NCBI GenBank assembly: GCA_036703375.1
Contig: DATNPC010000503.1
Location: 1-47,974, forward strand
Length of the DNA stretch: 47,974 nucleotides
Source of the DNA: Allocoleopsis sp.
Lineage (GTDB): Bacteria > Cyanobacteriota > Cyanobacteriia > Cyanobacteriales > Coleofasciculaceae
Direction: 5' to 3'
The translations under genes were made by a program, and so were the position numbers. Position 1 is the stretch's first letter, and every line of letters begins with the position of its first letter. The notes beneath the pieces are model-generated. The model made no database searches, was not told where the DNA came from, and saw only the letters and a program-made list of their open reading frames with translations. Positions 1-9,980 of this stretch are shown here, in pieces.

Positions 1-331
1 GTTGGCGCTGAAGCCATCGCTTAATCTTTTGGGTAAGAACGAGTTGCGGCTGCGCTTGAATCCGCAAACCATCCTAATTCAAGCGGTAGCACTCACTAAT
101 CGCCTTAAATAGGTCGATCGAGAGTACAGATACTGAGTGGACAGTCGAATCCTATCATTTCTTGCCTCTTGCTCTTGGCTTGAGTCAAGAGTTAGCACTC
201 TCCAGAGAGATGTAGATGCCTCATGTAGGGACTTACCATGGATGGCAGTCATTCTCGATATTAATTTTCGATAATGATAAGGAGAGCTGCTACTAGCGGA
301 AGGTTAAAGCCGATCGCCTACTAAAACCCAA

Positions 332-1318
332 ATGAATCAGATAGACTATCTCCGCATAAGCCTGATCGATCGATGTAACTTTCGCTGTCAGTACTGCATG
401 CCGGAAGGAGCGGAACTTGACTATATCTGGCAACAAGAACTGCTGACTCACGAGGAACTCCTCACACTGCTCAAAGAGGTGTTTATTCCGGTGGGATTTA
501 GAAAGTTTCGCCTCACGGGTGGTGAACCCCTGCTGCGTCCCGGCGTTGTAGATTTAGTGAAAGCGATCGCATCTCTGCCCGAAACTCAGGACTTGGCGAT
601 GACTACCAATGCGTTTTTACTCGCAGGTATGGCACAAGACCTCTACAATGCGGGGTTGCGACGCATTAATATTAGTCTCGACTCTCTTCATCCCGAAACC
701 TTTGACAAAATTATTGGCAACCGGGGACGCTCGCGCTGGCAGCAAACTTGGGAAGGAATTCAGGCTGCCCATCAAGTCGGGTTTGACCCTTTAAAACTGA
801 ATATAGTCGTTATTCCGGGAGTCAATGACCAAGAAGTCTTAGATTTAGCAGCCTTGACGATCGATCGTCACTGGCATGTTCGATTTATCGAGTTTATGCC
901 AATTGGGAATGCGAAACTGTTTGGCGAACGAGCTTGGGTGCCTTCTGAAGAGTTGCGGCAGCGCATTCGCGACGTTTTTGGTTTAACGGAATCCAGCGTT
1001 CGGGGCAATGGCCCAGCTGATGTCTTCCAGATTCCCAGTGCCTTGGGAACCTTGGGATTTATCAGTCAGATGTCAGAGTGTTTTTGCGATCGCTGCAACC
1101 GGATGCGCTTATCTGCCGATGGCTGGCTTCGCCCCTGCCTGCTCAATGAAACGGGTCAGCTCGACTTAAAAACTGCTCTTAGAAGCGGTGTCACGGCAAC
1201 TGAACTCAAAGAGCGAGTGCGTCAGTTGTTAACCATCAAACCGGAAATAAACTTCAAAGAGCGAAATTCTGGAATCGACGGCAGCTATACCCGTACTATG
1301 TCTCAAATTGGAGGATAG
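332..1318 (+). CDS. moaA: GTP 3',8-cyclase MoaA (molybdenum cofactor biosynthesis, radical SAM)
   Basis: 328-aa ORF. N-terminal radical-SAM cluster motif CNFRCQYC and C-terminal Cys cluster [15 protein letters not shown] are typical of MoaA. Confidence 0.95.
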   Translation: MNQIDYLRISLIDRCNFRCQYCMPEGAELDYIWQQELLTHEELLTLLKEVFIPVGFRKFRLTGGEPLLRPGVVDLVKAIASLPETQDLAMTTNAFLLAGMAQDLYNAGLRRINISLDSLHPETFDKIIGNRGRSRWQQTWEGIQAAHQVGFDPLKLNIVVIPGVNDQEVLDLAALTIDRHWHVRFIEFMPIGNAKLFGERAWVPSEELRQRIRDVFGLTESSVRGNGPADVFQIPSALGTLGFISQMSECFCDRCNRMRLSADGWLRPCLLNETGQLDLKTALRSGVTATELKERVRQLLTIKPEINFKERNSGIDGSYTRTMSQIGG

Positions 1319-1392
1319 TCAGCGGTCAGTAGTCAGTAGCCAGTGGTCATATTAAGAAAACAACTGACGACTGACAATTGACAACTGACTAA
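1318..1392. repeat. Inverted STRR-like heptamer arrays (GTCAGNN x5, then NACTGAC x4) between convergent moaA and rpsD; probable bidirectional terminator hairpin
   Basis: 1318-1350 reads GTCAGCG GTCAGTA GTCAGTA GCCAGTG GTCAT. 1362-1392 reads AACTGAC GACTGAC AATTGAC AACTGAC TAAC. The two arrays are mutually complementary. Confidence 0.6.
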
Positions 1393-1393
1393 C

Positions 1394-2002
1394 TTAGGCT
1401 TTCCGGGAGTAGAACTCAACCACCAACAGTTCGTTGATTTGCAGTGCTACCCACTCGCGTTCGACCACACTATTCACCTTGCCGGTAAGAGTTTTCTTGT
1501 CGAACTCTAAATGGCTAGGAAGGTTGGCTAGGCCAGGATACTCCAAGTTTTGCTCAACGAGACGCTTAGAGCGCTCGCGGGCTGTCACACCAATGACCTC
1601 TCCGGGACGGCACTGATAGCTAGCGATATTCACTACCCGACCATTCACTGTTACGTGTCCGTGATTCACGAGCTGACGGGCTGCTGGGATAGTACCCGCC
1701 ATACCCAAGCGGAAGACGGTGTTATCCAGCCGCATTTCCAACATTTGCAACAAGGATTGACCCGTTGAACCTGTTGCCCGACGAGCTTTACGGACATAGC
1801 GAAGCAGTTGCTTTTCCGTAATCCCGTAGTTATAGCGGAGTTTTTGCTTTTCTTCCAGTCGAATCGCATATTCTGACCGCTTCTTGCGAACTTGACCATG
1901 CTGACCCGGTGGATATGACCGACGGGCCGTCTTGCGAGTCAAGCCTGGTAGCTCGCCCAGACGGCGCACAACCCGCAGACGCGGACCTCGATATCGCGAC
2001 AT
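1394..2002 (-). CDS. rpsD: 30S ribosomal protein S4
   Basis: 202-aa ORF starting [16 protein letters not shown], with an S4 RNA-binding domain ([11 protein letters not shown]...[14 protein letters not shown]). Confidence 0.97.
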   Translation of the reverse strand: MSRYRGPRLRVVRRLGELPGLTRKTARRSYPPGQHGQVRKKRSEYAIRLEEKQKLRYNYGITEKQLLRYVRKARRATGSTGQSLLQMLEMRLDNTVFRLGMAGTIPAARQLVNHGHVTVNGRVVNIASYQCRPGEVIGVTARERSKRLVEQNLEYPGLANLPSHLEFDKKTLTGKVNSVVEREWVALQINELLVVEFYSRKA

Positions 2003-2416
2003 ATAGTTCCCTCTTGCTTGTCCTGACTAAAATTTTACCCAAAACTATAATTTTACACTCTAAAGGTGAAGACTTCAAAGAGCCAACACCTTTTGTATGT
2101 ATTCAACCACAATAAGTGTAATCCCACAGTCTGCCAACTTGGTCAAGAGAGGAGATGAGATTAGCAGGAACTTGGAACTAATTTTCCTGATGTCAGCGTC
2201 TATTTTGAATTTAAGCTTCCGGTGCGATCGCAGACAATGAAAGCATAGACTTCGTGCATAAGTAGCAAGACTTTGAGAGATAAGTACTGTAGCTACATGG
2301 CAACAATTAAATGAGAGTGAAAAGTCTCATGTAATACTCTCTCCTTGTCTGGAGCATCGGGAGCGTCTATTGTCAAGCCAAGATACCCTAAACAAGTTTG
2401 ATGGGAGAAATTTCCA

Positions 2417-3169
2417 ATGATGGGCTGTCAGAAATCTATTTGGTCTCTAGGTGCTCTCTGGGCTGCACAATCGCTGACTTTTTTTCTAATGCTGCCACCA
2501 CTCAGGGCGCAGTCATTTCAAGTCAGTGTCAAGTTTCCACCGACGGAGGATGTAAGTGCTCCCAGCCGCACAGGCGGAGGGGGAACGCGAGGGGGTTGTC
2601 TGATGGGTAGGCTCCCTTTAACACCTATAGTCCCCAGCAATAATTTAGTCACAACAGTTTCAGCTCATCCTACGTTGTTTTGGTATGTTCCCGGCAGTCG
2701 AACTAACACTAACTCAGCGTTATTCGTGCTTTTGGATAGCCAGGACAATAAAGTTTACCAAACTACATTGGCACTGAAAGGGACTCCCGGCATCGTGAAA
2801 CTGAGCATCCCAACCACTGTATCTTTACAATCGGCTCAGAACTATAAATGGCAGTTTTCAGTGCTTTGTAATCAAGACAGCGAACAGGTTGGGGGATACG
2901 TTGAGGGGTCGATCGAGCGGACTCAACTCAATTCCCAGCAAAAACTTCAACTGGCGGCAGCAAAAGATCCACTTCAGCAAGCTGAAGTATACGCGCAAGC
3001 CCGAGTATGGCAAGAAACCTTAGCTATTGTCAGCCAATTGCGCCAAAACCGTCCGCATGATTCTAAAATTGCCGAAGCTTGGAACGAATTGTTAGAGTCT
3101 GTTGACCTAAAAGCGATCGCCTCAGCACCTCTGCTGGACTGTTGTAGTGCTGATAACGCTCAAAAGTAA
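2417..3169 (+). CDS. Secreted DUF928-family protein
   Basis: Signal-peptide-like N-terminus (WSLGALWAAQSLTFFLMLPPLRAQS). Carries the GGGTRGGC ... LTPIVP ... HPTLFWYVP pattern I recognise as the cyanobacterial DUF928 signature. Ends 23 bp upstream of the CHASE2 cyclase gene. Confidence 0.75.
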   Translation: MMGCQKSIWSLGALWAAQSLTFFLMLPPLRAQSFQVSVKFPPTEDVSAPSRTGGGGTRGGCLMGRLPLTPIVPSNNLVTTVSAHPTLFWYVPGSRTNTNSALFVLLDSQDNKVYQTTLALKGTPGIVKLSIPTTVSLQSAQNYKWQFSVLCNQDSEQVGGYVEGSIERTQLNSQQKLQLAAAKDPLQQAEVYAQARVWQETLAIVSQLRQNRPHDSKIAEAWNELLESVDLKAIASAPLLDCCSADNAQK

Positions 3170-3192
3170 GTTTTGAGTACACAATCGTCATT

Positions 3193-5439
3193 ATGCGAGA
3201 ACGATTAAAGCGACTGTTCTGGGACTGGCGCGGAGTGTTAGTCACTGCCCCCACTGTTGCGGGATTGGTGGTACTACTGCGGATGACCGGCTTACTCCAG
3301 TCTTTGGAGTGGGCAGCTTACGACCAATATATGCGTTTTAGCCCCAGCGAACGACGCGACGATCGCATCGTCATCGTCGGGATTGATGAAGGTGACTTGC
3401 GAAATATTGGACAGCCGATCATTTCCGATCGCATTTACGCGCAGTTGCTAGAGAAACTCAAAGCGATGCGTCCCAGAGCCATTGGTCTAGATATTTATCG
3501 TGATTTACCCGTAGAACCCGGTCATCAGGAATTAGTTCGAGTATTTGAATCTACCCCGAATCTCATTGGCATCCAAAAAGTCGTAGGGGATAGCAGACGC
3601 GAGGCCGTCGCTGCGCCACCGGCGCTCAAAGCGAAAGACCAAGTCGGTGCTAACGATTTGCTCTTTGATACGGATAGCAAGGTGCGGCGTATGCTGCTGT
3701 ACGTACAACCGAGAAAGGGAGAAACGGTTTACAGTCTTGGTTTGTACCTGGCTTTGCTCTATCTGGAACGGGATGGTATCGCCCCTGAAATTGTTCCAGG
3801 GACGAAAAATTGGCGGCTGGGTCAGACGACGTTTGCCCGCTTTAGAGGCAATGATGGTGGCTATGTGAGGGCTGACGATCGCGGCTACCAATTGTTGCTG
3901 CGCTACCGAGGGGCAGCCCCGCACTTTCAAACCGTCTCGATGACCGATATTCTACAAAACCGCGTGCCCAAGGATTGGGGACGCGATCGCATTATCTTGG
4001 TGGGTGGCGTAAGCGAAAGTTTTGCGGACTTACACTTTACACCGTACAGCAGCAGCCTATTCAGTCAGCCACAACGGATGCCTGGAATGGAAATTCATGC
4101 CAATATCGCCAGCCAAATTCTCAGCGCTGCCCTGAATGGTCGTCCTCTGATCGAGAGTTGGCCGAAATCCGTAGAGGTGGTGTGGATTTTGCTTTGGTCA
4201 GCAGTCGGTGGCATCATGAGTTGGCAAGGGCGATACAAGGGGGGCGTTAGTCAATTCTCATTCTCAAGAGCGATCTCGCTTGGGTTGGCGGGAGTTGTTT
4301 TAATCGGTAGCACTTATGCGGCTTTCCTGGGTGGATGGTGGATACCGCTTATCCCGGCCATCTTAGCCCTATCAGGCAGTGCGATCGCGATTACGGGCTA
4401 TATTGCCCGCACCGCGAGAGAGATTCGCAAGACGTTTGGACGCTATCTTACCGATGAAGTTGTCGCCAATTTGCTGGAACAACCTGAAGGCTTGAAGCTG
4501 GGTGGCGAACGGCGCAAACTGACGATCCTCACCTCCGATCTCAGAGGATTTACTGCGTTAGCGGAACGCTTGCCACCAGAAAAAGTGATTGAAGTACTCA
4601 ATATTTATCTAGGGTACATGGCAGATGCGATCGCTCAGTACCAAGGAACGATTGATGAGTTTATGGGGGATGGCATTTTAGTCCTGTTTGGTGCACCTAC
4701 GGCTAGAGAAGATGATGCCAAACGCGCGATCGCTTGTGCTGTGGCCATGCAGTTAGCGATGGATGACGTCAACGACAGAATGAGACAACTGGACTTACCT
4801 CACCTAGAAATGGGCATTGGCATCAATACTGGTGTTGCGGTAGTCGGAAATATTGGCTCCGAAAAACGGACAAAGTATGGGGTAGTGGGTAGCCAAGTCA
4901 ATCTCACTTACCGCATTGAGTCCTATAGCGTAGGAGGTCAAATTCTCATTTCCGAATACACCCTAAAAGAAGCTGGCTCGATTGTACAAGTCTACGGACA
5001 ACGAGAAGTATATACGAAAGGTGTAAAGCAACCCGTTACCATCTACGAAGTAGGAGGAATTGGTGGGGACTACAATCTATTTTTACCCAGTAAAGAAGAA
5101 ATCTTTTTCCCTCTTGCCGAGGAGATTCCTATCCGCTATGTTCTTCTTGATGGCAAGCACGTCAGTACAATGACGTTTAAAGGAAGTTTAGTTAAGCTTT
5201 CTGCTAAAGGAGCTGAGGTTACGGCTCTAAATCCTGTTACCGCTCTCACCAATATTAAATTCAATTTCTCGACCTCAAATCATCAATTTCCCGCTAATGA
5301 GGATGTTTATGCAAAAGTTTTAGAGAAAGCAACCTTTAATGGTAATTTTTACATTCATTTCACCTCATTGCCTCCCAATGTAGAGAATATCTTAGAGACT
5401 ATTTATACTTCTTGTTCGACTCAAAGTCCAATTAATTAA
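3193..5439 (+). CDS. CHASE2 sensor domain / class III adenylate-guanylate cyclase
   Basis: N-terminal TM helix, then CHASE2-like region (IVIVGIDEGDL...PISDRIYAQLLEKL...AIGLDIYRD). Three TM helices follow, then a class III cyclase core (LTILTSDLRGFTALAE...FMGDGILVLFGAP...GINTGVAVVGNIGS). About 130 aa of C-terminal extension are of unknown function. Confidence 0.9.
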   Translation: MRERLKRLFWDWRGVLVTAPTVAGLVVLLRMTGLLQSLEWAAYDQYMRFSPSERRDDRIVIVGIDEGDLRNIGQPIISDRIYAQLLEKLKAMRPRAIGLDIYRDLPVEPGHQELVRVFESTPNLIGIQKVVGDSRREAVAAPPALKAKDQVGANDLLFDTDSKVRRMLLYVQPRKGETVYSLGLYLALLYLERDGIAPEIVPGTKNWRLGQTTFARFRGNDGGYVRADDRGYQLLLRYRGAAPHFQTVSMTDILQNRVPKDWGRDRIILVGGVSESFADLHFTPYSSSLFSQPQRMPGMEIHANIASQILSAALNGRPLIESWPKSVEVVWILLWSAVGGIMSWQGRYKGGVSQFSFSRAISLGLAGVVLIGSTYAAFLGGWWIPLIPAILALSGSAIAITGYIARTAREIRKTFGRYLTDEVVANLLEQPEGLKLGGERRKLTILTSDLRGFTALAERLPPEKVIEVLNIYLGYMADAIAQYQGTIDEFMGDGILVLFGAPTAREDDAKRAIACAVAMQLAMDDVNDRMRQLDLPHLEMGIGINTGVAVVGNIGSEKRTKYGVVGSQVNLTYRIESYSVGGQILISEYTLKEAGSIVQVYGQREVYTKGVKQPVTIYEVGGIGGDYNLFLPSKEEIFFPLAEEIPIRYVLLDGKHVSTMTFKGSLVKLSAKGAEVTALNPVTALTNIKFNFSTSNHQFPANEDVYAKVLEKATFNGNFYIHFTSLPPNVENILETIYTSCSTQSPIN

Positions 5440-5480
5440 TTTTCTGCATTTATTTCTTTACTGTAGCGTTTCTACAGGGA

Positions 5481-6968
5481 GTGTCTTCACCGTGCCTTAA
5501 ATGTATATCAATGAATGTAATTCTACAAGAATTTTTCACTCAATTATCTCGCTCCTTTACAGCTCCCTTATTTAAACTTGGAGAGATACCTGTTTCAATT
5601 AACTCGATAATCCAACTTGTCGTAGCATTACTAATAGTTATTTTCATTTCTCGTGCCTCTAAAAAATTATTTAAGCAGCGATTGCTGGTCAAATTAGGAA
5701 TTGACGAGGGGAATCGAGAAGTGATTGCTACGATGAGTAGTTACACTATCGGAACTTTAGGGTTTTTAATTGTCTTACAAGCTACAGGCTTTAACTTGGC
5801 TTCACTAGTGGTTGTAGCAGGTGGCTTAGGTGTTGGGATTGGTTTTGGATTACAAGATATCACCAAAAACTTTGTCAGTGGATTAACCCTACTCATAGAA
5901 CGCACAGTCAAAGTAGGAGATTTTGTGGAATTTGATGGTCTTTCCGGATATGTCAAAGAAATTGCTATTCGCTCTACGATTATCCGTACTCGTGAAGGTG
6001 GAGATGTTGTTGTTCCGAATAGCCAACTTGTAGGTAGTCGATTGATTAACTGGAGTTACGATAATTTTACCGCTCGGATTCATATTCCGGTTGGGGTTGC
6101 CTATTCTAGTGACCCAATTTTGGTGACAGAAACTCTTTTAAAGTCAGCGTATATGGAACCCCTGGTTTTACACAATCCACCCCCTCAAGTCATATTTAAA
6201 GGTTTTGGTGATAGTGCCTTAGAGTTTGAATTGAGAGCTTGGGTGAATCGGATTGATAGAGAGCCTGATATTAAAAGCTCTTTGAATTTTATTATTGAAT
6301 ATAACTTACGCCAACAAGGAATTACAATTCCCTTTCCCCAACGGGCTTTATGGCTACGCAATCCGGAATCCCTGACATCACTACTTCATCAAAAAGAAGA
6401 TGTCAGAAATCTTGAGAAAGTTGCTCAGCAGCACTTATCGTCACAACCAACGAAACCCTTAACTCTTCGCGATTTACTACGACAGGTAGATTATTTTCAA
6501 AGGTTTACTGACTTAGAATTGCGACGACTGATTGAAGTTGGATATCGGAAGCGCTTAAGATCGTTAGATATCTTATTTCGTGAAGGCGACCCAGGGGATA
6601 CCTTTTACATTATTCTTTCAGGTTCGGTAGAAGTTTTTGTAGAAAAGCTCAATAAACAACTCAAAACGCTTCAGATCGGACAGTTTTTTGGTGAATTGTC
6701 TTTAATGTTAGGAATTCCTCGCACTGCAACTGTTCGAGCATTGGAAGATACAATTTTGTTTGCTATTAACCAAAAAGGATTTGAAAAACTATTGCAAGAA
6801 CATCCTGAATTAGCCGATGTAATCGTTCAAGAATTAGAAAAACATCAAGAAGAATTATCCGAACGGCAGCAGCAGATGCGAGAATTGGGGTTAGTCGATG
6901 CAGCAGAGGATGATAACAATCCTGTCGCTTGGGTTCGTAAACGGTTACAAAATCTTTTTAGCCTTTAA
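5481..6968 (+). CDS. MscS-family mechanosensitive channel with C-terminal cyclic-nucleotide-binding domain (bCNG-type)
   Basis: MscS core (GGLGVGIGFGLQDITKNFVSGLTLLIERTVKVGDFVE...) plus a cNMP-binding domain with phosphate-binding cassette FGELSLMLGIPRTATVRA. The track start is a GTG at 5481. An in-frame ATG at 5511 is an alternative start. Confidence 0.9.
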   Translation: MSSPCLKCISMNVILQEFFTQLSRSFTAPLFKLGEIPVSINSIIQLVVALLIVIFISRASKKLFKQRLLVKLGIDEGNREVIATMSSYTIGTLGFLIVLQATGFNLASLVVVAGGLGVGIGFGLQDITKNFVSGLTLLIERTVKVGDFVEFDGLSGYVKEIAIRSTIIRTREGGDVVVPNSQLVGSRLINWSYDNFTARIHIPVGVAYSSDPILVTETLLKSAYMEPLVLHNPPPQVIFKGFGDSALEFELRAWVNRIDREPDIKSSLNFIIEYNLRQQGITIPFPQRALWLRNPESLTSLLHQKEDVRNLEKVAQQHLSSQPTKPLTLRDLLRQVDYFQRFTDLELRRLIEVGYRKRLRSLDILFREGDPGDTFYIILSGSVEVFVEKLNKQLKTLQIGQFFGELSLMLGIPRTATVRALEDTILFAINQKGFEKLLQEHPELADVIVQELEKHQEELSERQQQMRELGLVDAAEDDNNPVAWVRKRLQNLFSL

Positions 6969-7101
6969 ACCAGTCGCGATCGCACTGATTCGCTAGCCAA
7001 GGAACATTCAAACGGCACTATTTTCAATACCGCCACCAAAGTTGCGGCGAGCCGTTCAGCAGAAACCAACTAATCGCTCAGCAGCGCTCAGTTGCGCCAA
7101 C

Positions 7102-7962
7102 CTATCCATATCGGATTTCCTCTCGTGGTGCTTTTGCTCTTGAGGGATCGAAGTAGACGATTTTTAAAAACTGTAGGATGAATAGCAACAGATACAGAGG
7201 ATTTAAGAAAACATATCGCTGCCACAGACGAGTTGGCTCTTGCATCAGCCGATAAAACCACTCCAAACCCCACTTCTGTAAAATCTGTGGGGCTCGTTGC
7301 ACGTTGCCAGACAGGAAATCAAACGCTGCACCAATTGCCATGGTCGGCATGGATAATTGCTCGGTATATTCATACACCCATACCTCTTGCCTAGGACACC
7401 CTAAACCAACAAAGGTTATTACCGCACCACTATTACGAATGTCTTCGATAATTGCCTGTTTTTCTTCAGCCGAGACTTTCCGGAAGCGAGAGGGTTGAGT
7501 GCCTGCAATGATGAGTTTTGGAAAACGAGCGAGAAGATTGTTTGAGAGAGCAGCGAGTATATCAGGACGACTGCCATACAAGTAGATAGGCAGTTCCTCT
7601 TGAGCCGCCCGTTCGCAAACACTCAACATTAAGCTAGTGCCTGTGACGGGTTTGGTTAGTCTCGTTTTGTAGAGTAAGTTTAAGGCCCAGCGTACTGGCT
7701 GTCCATCTGGACAAACGAGATTGATGTGATTGAGGCGATAACGGTGGGTTTCGTCAAGAACACCTGTCATTACGCCGTGGACGGCTAAGGCTGAAACAGA
7801 GAAGCCTGTGCGCTGACGAGCAGCTGCAATGATTTTGTGGACGGCGGCTGCCTTATCCACCGCATCTACCCGAACGCCGAGAACATTTTGCTTGCCTGCA
7901 TCTATATACCTGGCGGCCTCTTCTGGAATATTACGAATCTTTGGTCGGCCTACATCGATCAT
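7102..7962 (-). CDS. WecB/TagA/CpsF-family (GT26) glycosyltransferase
   Basis: 286-aa ORF with GT26-like pattern (NLVCPDGQPVRWA..., FVGLGCPRQEVW, AIGAAFDFLSG, GLEWFYRL). Confidence 0.88.
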   Translation of the reverse strand: MIDVGRPKIRNIPEEAARYIDAGKQNVLGVRVDAVDKAAAVHKIIAAARQRTGFSVSALAVHGVMTGVLDETHRYRLNHINLVCPDGQPVRWALNLLYKTRLTKPVTGTSLMLSVCERAAQEELPIYLYGSRPDILAALSNNLLARFPKLIIAGTQPSRFRKVSAEEKQAIIEDIRNSGAVITFVGLGCPRQEVWVYEYTEQLSMPTMAIGAAFDFLSGNVQRAPQILQKWGLEWFYRLMQEPTRLWQRYVFLNPLYLLLFILQFLKIVYFDPSRAKAPREEIRYG

Positions 7963-8487
7963 TAGAGTGCCCCTTTTTGCCAGCGTTCTTTAGGTTGAAT
8001 GTACAATGCCCTGCAAAAGCGACGGGATGTTGTACAGCTTGTTCCAGTTCGGGTAAGGTCTGGTCAACTTGCGGTTAGTGTTGATTTTCCAGAGGGATTA
8101 CCAATGCGGCTGCTCTCACAATAGTTCCATTGAAATTTACGGGCAACTATCTTTTGGGATAGGTGCTAGGTCGTCGATGAGAGCGATCGCTGTTACGTCA
8201 AACCCAATATTTGTAGCGATCGCTACGCATCCGCTCGACTGCTTTTCTCCGTGCTGCTTCTCTCTACTCCTGTAATACTCCTATCGGAACAGTGCTAAGT
8301 AGCCTCTGGCTACTGACCGATTTTCCCCTATGCTGAATTCTCAGTAGGATTTGACTCGATCTGGTTAGTTACTTTACTGTGTAACCCGGTAAAGTGATTT
8401 ATTCCATCCCAATATACTTATACTTGATAATGCAATTGAATAAGCAACCTACAAAAAATATTTACCTTAGAGGCTCTAAACAGCAGT

Positions 8488-9651
8488 TTACCGATCCTGA
8501 TTGAGAACAGAATCTATCACTTCCACAAAAGACTGTGCGGCTGACAACGGATTTTTTTCCTTAACAAGTTGCAACGATTGTTTACCCATTGAGTCAATGA
8601 GTTCTGGGCGATCGAGGAATTGCCGCATAGCGATCGCTAGTTCCTCTGGGTGATAGGGGTCAAAGACATAGCCATTGTAGCCTTCTAGCACCACTTCAGC
8701 CGCTCCTGCCCATTTGGAACACAAGATAGGTTTGCTAAATATCATGGCTTCTAGCACGACCATTCCCCATATATCTTCAAGAGTCGGAAACACAAAAACA
8801 TCTGACTGCTGAAAGTAAGAGCCTAAACAGCCATAATCTACCCAGCCCGCCCATACTACCCGCTCTTCTAGGTTATGGTTTTTGATAAAAGCCTCCAGTT
8901 CCTCGCGTTGCTCTCCTATACCAATTAACATCAAGGTGTAATCCCGGTATCCCTGCGATTGCAGAATAGAGCATGCCTCTAAAAGGGGTTTGAGTCCTTT
9001 TCTGTAAATAATTCGTCCAACATACAGAAAAATTGGATGTTTCTGCTTTAGCTCAACTTTCTCAACCGTTGCAAGATTCTGCTGTAAAGTTGCCGCATCT
9101 GGAACGAGATACGTTCTGGTGAAGACTTTTTCTGGATTTGCACCCAGTCCGTCGATCAGGTAGTCTTTAGCTCCGAAGCTATTGGCAATAAAAGCATCGG
9201 CATAGCGAGACATCCATCGTCGTAACAATGAGCGGATTTTTGAATCTTTAAAGTCTGAATTTGGAGAACTGCCGTCATAAATGATAATCAATCGCCACTT
9301 CCCCAACGGCTTTAAAAGTACCGCGAATAGAGTCCACAGGGAGTAAGCTTGAGCAAAGACGATTTGAGGTTTGAATGCCAACAAGCGACCGATGATAGCT
9401 GGAGATAAAATCATGATGCGGCGGTTGCACCCTGTCGCCATCTTACTGACTTCAATCGATTTCATCTCCCCGACTAATTGGATGACATTTGCGCCAGGAG
9501 CATGGGGATCGAATCCCGGCCAAACTCGACCTGTGTAGAAGATTGTTTTCTTAAATACCTGGATGAACTCTTTCAAGACTGGCTGCCAGTAAGCTCCAAG
9601 TTCGACATGAGGAACTAACCATGCAATACGCAGCTCACGATTATCGTCCAT
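8488..9651 (-). CDS. Glycosyltransferase family 4 (GT-B)
   Basis: 387 aa. C-terminal GT1/GT4 motif ...LYVGRIIYRKGLKPLLEA...FVFPTLEDIWGMVVLEAMIFSKPIL (E-x7-E-like). Confidence 0.88.
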   Translation of the reverse strand: MDDNRELRIAWLVPHVELGAYWQPVLKEFIQVFKKTIFYTGRVWPGFDPHAPGANVIQLVGEMKSIEVSKMATGCNRRIMILSPAIIGRLLAFKPQIVFAQAYSLWTLFAVLLKPLGKWRLIIIYDGSSPNSDFKDSKIRSLLRRWMSRYADAFIANSFGAKDYLIDGLGANPEKVFTRTYLVPDAATLQQNLATVEKVELKQKHPIFLYVGRIIYRKGLKPLLEACSILQSQGYRDYTLMLIGIGEQREELEAFIKNHNLEERVVWAGWVDYGCLGSYFQQSDVFVFPTLEDIWGMVVLEAMIFSKPILCSKWAGAAEVVLEGYNGYVFDPYHPEELAIAMRQFLDRPELIDSMGKQSLQLVKEKNPLSAAQSFVEVIDSVLNQDR

Positions 9652-9683
9652 TTGGTTGACCCTGAGTTATACAAACCGTTCCA

Positions 9684-9709
9684 GTCACGGTCTTTCTTAA
9701 GACCGTGAC
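9684..9709 (-). other. Perfect 11-bp stem hairpin in the 5' leader of the GT4 gene
   Basis: GTCACGGTCTT-TCTT-AAGACCGTGAC lies ~33 nt upstream of the 9651 start. No T-tract follows it on the minus strand. Confidence 0.4.
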
Positions 9710-9980
9710 CTGAAAGGCGAGCTTTAAACCAAAAATCTTATCGCATCAACATCATGTGATGGTTAATTCGTACACCCTGATTCTGTAGCCCTCGCTACAA
9801 TCGCTTGAGCACTGTGGTAGCGCTATTCAATGCTTGACTTACTGGTTGCAGGCTAGCATGGCACCTCAACAAACACACGACTCATATCAGTACTTTTACT
9901 GATTCGCTTGATGGAGTACATCTAGCTATTGGAAGAATTTTGCCTCAGTTCTAGCGCCAGTCCCAACCTGCCATGGGTCG

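Noticed and set aside
1-331. Possible Moco riboswitch or partial upstream gene in front of moaA
   Set aside because: I could not recognise the conserved Moco-motif core or a convincing multi-stem structure by eye. As far as I recall, the motif is not typical of cyanobacteria. A cmscan against Rfam RF01055 would settle this. A short reading frame ends at nt 24, which is too little to call a CDS.
5050-5439. PilZ-like reading of the cyclase C-terminal extension (…GSLVKLSAKGAEV…)
   Set aside because: No RxxxR motif or clear DxSxxG motif is present. The resemblance is limited to a generic beta-rich pattern, so the region is left as unknown.
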